DNA from: Anaerolineales bacterium
GTDB lineage: Bacteria; Chloroflexota; Anaerolineae; Anaerolineales; UBA11579
Length of the DNA stretch: 64,000 bases
NCBI GenBank assembly: GCA_040882365.1
Contig: JBBEBI010000041.1
Location: 16,126-80,125 of the forward strand
Direction of reading: 5' to 3'
Within the stretch, counting starts at the first letter, position 1. Each line of letters opens with the position of its first letter. The translations under genes and the position numbers were made by a program. Below the pieces are notes generated by a model. That model worked only from the letters and a program-made list of their open reading frames with translations. It was not told the DNA's origin and did not search any database. Shown here in pieces: positions 61,041 through 64,000 of this stretch.

Positions 61041-61922
61041 ATGAAACAGAAACTCGTCTTTATTGCATCCCTCTCCCATTCAGGTTCGACCCTGATCAAC
61101 TTATTACTTGGTAACCATCCTCAATTGGTAGGACTGGGAGAAGTGGACACGGTGCTACAAATGAATTCAGCCGAATTGGAGAGCGAGAAGGTCATGCGCT
61201 GCTCCTGTGGCCACCGCGTGGCCAACTGCCAATTCTGGACGCGTGCCATTACCGCCCTGCAATCTCGGCCCAGCGCCAACTTGGTTGATCGATACCGCAT
61301 CTTGTTCGCAACTTTCCAACGCCTGTACACCCCGGATTTCCAGATCGTTGATTCATCCAAATACCTGGAGCAATTGCGTACGGTCATATCACTCCCAAAT
61401 ACGGACCTCAAAGTCATTCATCTTATCAAAGATGTGCGCGGGTTCGCTGTGTCTCAACGCGATGCTACCAACGCAGAACTTAAATACCATCACCTGCCTG
61501 TCCTATTTGGCTCTGTGCCTCTCAGTCGATGGTTATATTTACACACATTGAAGACAGCCACCTACCTGTTTTGGAAATGGTATTTGCGCAATGTGGCAAT
61601 TCAGCGTCTTCTGAAAAGAAACAGGATTGCCCACATTTGTGTCGGCTACGATCAATTGGCCCAAGACCCCAGGCGAATCCTCTCGCGTATCTATGAGTTT
61701 TTAGGACTTGAAACGCCGCGTAAGATGTCCTTGGTGCCAAAGTTAACTAATAGCCACGCCTTCATGGGTAATCCAATGTTGGGCGATTCCACAAAAATGA
61801 GCTCGATTATCTATGACGATCGCTGGGAAAAACGCTCGGATTGGCGCTTGGCGGCCCTGCTTTTTCCCCACATCCTTGCTTTTAATGCCGGCACCGTTTA
61901 TTCGAATAGTCTGTCGAACTAG
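61041..61922 (+). CDS. Sulfotransferase family protein
   Basis: VFIASLSHSGSTLINLLLGNHPQ (PSB loop) and KVIHLIKDVRGFAVSQ (3'-PB-like). Confidence 0.65.
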   Translation: MKQKLVFIASLSHSGSTLINLLLGNHPQLVGLGEVDTVLQMNSAELESEKVMRCSCGHRVANCQFWTRAITALQSRPSANLVDRYRILFATFQRLYTPDFQIVDSSKYLEQLRTVISLPNTDLKVIHLIKDVRGFAVSQRDATNAELKYHHLPVLFGSVPLSRWLYLHTLKTATYLFWKWYLRNVAIQRLLKRNRIAHICVGYDQLAQDPRRILSRIYEFLGLETPRKMSLVPKLTNSHAFMGNPMLGDSTKMSSIIYDDRWEKRSDWRLAALLFPHILAFNAGTVYSNSLSN

Positions 61923-61990
61923 TGCCCTTATGGAACCTTTCTCTATCCATAATCGTCTTATGGCCAACTAAGGATTCTGAGGAGCAAACC

Positions 61991-62917
61991 ATGAAGAGGA
62001 CCTCGCTATTTCTTTCCGCCCTGGCTTTGTTGGCCGTCCTGGTTTCCGCTTGTGGAGCGGCGGCCACCCTCCCAACAGAGAGCCAAGAGTTCTATCCCCT
62101 GCCCACTCCGATGGTGGGCGCGCCTGCGGCCATCTCTGCGGATTACACCGTGGAAGAATCGGGGCGCGCAGAACTCCCAGCCGCCGAGGCGCCGGCCGCC
62201 CAGGCGCCTGACCGCCTGGTGATCAAGACCGCCAGCCTTTCAATTGTTGTGGATGCCCCCGAGCAGCGCATGAACGAACTGGCCGCCATGGCCGAGCGGA
62301 TGGGCGGCTTTGTGGTTAGTTCCAGCGTTTATAAGACCGGCTGGGAACGCGGCCTTGAAGTACCCAGCGCGTACATCACCATCCGTGTCCCTAGTCAGGC
62401 ATTCCAGCAGGCTCTGGACGAGATCCGCGCCGGGGCCATCGATGTGCCCTCCGATACCCAGTCCGGGCAAGACGTGACCGCTGAATACACCGACCTGCAA
62501 TCCAGGCTGCGCAATCTGGAAAGCGCCGAAGTGCTATTGCGCCAGATCATGGAAGAGGCCACCGATACCGAGGATGTCCTGGCTGCCTTCGACCAACTCA
62601 ACTACATCACCGAACAGATTGAAGTTCTCAAGGGCCAGATCAAATATTACGAGGAATCAGCCGCCTTTTCCGCCATCTCCGTTGAGCTCATCGCCAACGA
62701 GGCCGTGCAACCTATCGTAGTCGGCCCCTGGAATGTTACTGGCGTCGCTAAAGACGCCATCGAAGCCCTCGTTAAAGCTCTCCAAGGTATTGCGGAGGCG
62801 CTTGTTTGGTTCTTCTTTTACGTGCTTCCCGTCCTCTTGGTGCTTGGCGTTCCCTTGTTGCTAATTGGTCTTGGTCTGCGATCCTGGTGGCTGAAGCGGG
62901 CAAGAACCGCAAAATAG
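61991..62917 (+). CDS. DUF4349-like lipoprotein with C-terminal TM anchor
   Basis: ATG 61991 after GGAG. MKRTSLFLSALALLAVLVSAC (lipobox). ...LVIKTASLSIVVD...ITIRVPSQAFQQALDEI...DVTAEYTDLQSRLRNLESAE...LKGQIKYYEE... and a terminal TM segment (FFFYVLPVLLVLGVPLLLIGLGL). The track start at 61922 is rejected. Confidence 0.6.
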   Translation: MKRTSLFLSALALLAVLVSACGAAATLPTESQEFYPLPTPMVGAPAAISADYTVEESGRAELPAAEAPAAQAPDRLVIKTASLSIVVDAPEQRMNELAAMAERMGGFVVSSSVYKTGWERGLEVPSAYITIRVPSQAFQQALDEIRAGAIDVPSDTQSGQDVTAEYTDLQSRLRNLESAEVLLRQIMEEATDTEDVLAAFDQLNYITEQIEVLKGQIKYYEESAAFSAISVELIANEAVQPIVVGPWNVTGVAKDAIEALVKALQGIAEALVWFFFYVLPVLLVLGVPLLLIGLGLRSWWLKRARTAK

Positions 62918-62931
62918 CCCCATAGATGAAA

Positions 62932-62964
62932 GCGCCAATGCAATGTTGGCGTTTTCGTTATTTT
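62932..62964. terminator. Intrinsic terminator between convergent genes
   Basis: GCGCCAA-TGCAATG-TTGGCGT stem-loop followed by TTTCGTTATTTT on the + strand. On the minus strand the same hairpin is followed by a weaker TTTCATC. Confidence 0.6.
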
Positions 62965-62974
62965 ATCCTTTGGG

Positions 62975-63925
62975 TTATTTCCTTTGCAAAACAACCCTAT
63001 TGGCAACCTTTTTTTCAATGATCAAACGGAAGAAGAGAAGGGCCTCTTCGAATGAGCCGTCATGGCTTTTATGGCCGATGCCCGGATAGACTCTTAACCC
63101 CAGCCACGCCCTTTTTTCCTGATATGTCTGGACCAAGGGGAGAGCGTGCATGGAAAATTCATTGACCGCATCATATTGCGATTGAATGAGAAAAAGTGGC
63201 GGCAATTCATCCTTGGATCTCGCTAAATTGTAAAGATCTGGAAGACCGCCCCTGTCCTTCCCGCCCAAAAAGGCGTAGGCATTTTCTTTGACATCCCCAT
63301 AATCCTCGATTTTGCGTACAAGGTCGATCTGGGGGGAAGTCACATAAATCCCCGTACAATCATATTTGATGCCGTGCCATAGAGCTCCAAATCCGCCCAT
63401 GGATCCACCGTACGTGAACCATGGCTGATCCACTCCTTCTGCCCTGGTCTCATTTATGAGATCAACAATCATTCGCTCTACAAACCCATCGCCATGTTCT
63501 CCCCAAAACCAGCTCCCGAGGCGTCTATATCCAAATGTATCCCAAGGCGCCAAAATATCGAAATCTTCACACGGGCTCGGGGGTAAATCCCCGCCGTGAC
63601 CGTGGAAAAATACAACAAGGGCCTTGGCCTGATTTAAGGCCGGCATGAAGGCGTAACGGAGAAAACGATTGCCGGAGTGGAAGATGAGAGGATATTGCTG
63701 TTCAAGAGAGGAAGCGGCGAAAATAAAACCCGAATTTTTCCTTCTTTTCTTTTCCTCCCCCTCAGCATCATCTAGATTTGTATTAAATAGAAAGAATGGA
63801 TCGATATTTCCGAGCGGCAAAAAGGGGCCTCTTATCGTTTTTCTTAAGAAGGAGCGGCGAATTCCCTCTCGAAAACCGAGCGCGCGTAATTTTCCAAAAA
63901 ACCGTCGTAGATTCATGTTCTGCAT
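62975..63925 (-). CDS. Alpha/beta hydrolase (esterase/peptidase-like)
   Basis: VVFFHGHGGD (oxyanion region) and nucleophile elbow GGSMGGFGA (GxSxG). A late His is in GIGHKSHDG. Confidence 0.6.
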   Translation of the reverse strand: MQNMNLRRFFGKLRALGFREGIRRSFLRKTIRGPFLPLGNIDPFFLFNTNLDDAEGEEKKRRKNSGFIFAASSLEQQYPLIFHSGNRFLRYAFMPALNQAKALVVFFHGHGGDLPPSPCEDFDILAPWDTFGYRRLGSWFWGEHGDGFVERMIVDLINETRAEGVDQPWFTYGGSMGGFGALWHGIKYDCTGIYVTSPQIDLVRKIEDYGDVKENAYAFLGGKDRGGLPDLYNLARSKDELPPLFLIQSQYDAVNEFSMHALPLVQTYQEKRAWLGLRVYPGIGHKSHDGSFEEALLFFRLIIEKKVANRVVLQRK

Positions 63926-64000
63926 ATCATTTTTTTAATCCGATCATGTTCCCTATGCATAGCATATCCATGTCCGTATTGAGGAATGTACGTACAGCAT

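Noticed and set aside
63953-63962. Perfect 10-bp palindrome CTATGCATAG upstream of the hydrolase gene
   Set aside because: It is too short and isolated to call an operator, and it lies at the window edge with no context.
1-64000. CRISPR arrays, IS elements/transposases, integrases, prophage genes, rRNA
   Set aside because: I saw no spaced direct repeats, no DDE/HUH/tyrosine-recombinase-like ORFs and no rRNA-like sequence in any frame or strand. The GC step at about 33.6-46.7 kb is therefore unexplained by a visible mobile element.

Overview
64-kb window from a GC-rich bacterium. Spot counts on single 60-nt lines give about 60-67% GC in most genes. I cannot assign a taxon by eye. Positions 1-52.7 kb form one uninterrupted minus-strand cell-surface glycan assembly locus with 47 apparently intact genes and 3 gene remnants. 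Packing is very tight, with many ATGA or 1-nt start/stop overlaps. Contents: 11 clear Leloir glycosyltransferases (6 GT4, 5 GT2) plus 2 possible GT-B enzymes; 4 large polytopic GT-C-like membrane proteins; one polyprenyl-phosphate sugar synthase-type GT2; 9 SAM methyltransferase(-like) genes; one cobalamin-binding radical SAM enzyme; a canonical sialic-acid operon (neuB-neuC-neuA); a second, divergent nonulosonate branch; an aminotransferase / TylM1-like N-methyltransferase / cupin set; fcl, wecB and SDR enzymes; 2 divergent sulfotransferase-like genes; a Wzm/Wzt exporter; an MsbA/PglK-like ABC exporter; and two paralogous EPS-type MarR regulators that each head a sub-operon. The right-hand 11 kb is mostly plus strand. 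It carries a cobalamin-riboswitch-controlled BtuFCD-type uptake operon, an orphan response regulator, tRNA-Gln(UUG), glmU, a CorC/HlyC-type protein, cdd, a metallophosphoesterase, another sulfotransferase, a DUF4349 lipoprotein and a convergent alpha/beta hydrolase. I saw no rRNA, CRISPR array, transposase, integrase or phage gene. The best candidate for a novel system is the 11.9-26.2 kb module, where a polyprenyl-P-sugar synthase, an FAD enzyme, two methyltransferases and a B12-radical SAM enzyme lie among four GT-C-like transferases, with a B12-riboswitch uptake operon abutting the locus. All family calls come from motif recognition by eye. No database search was run.
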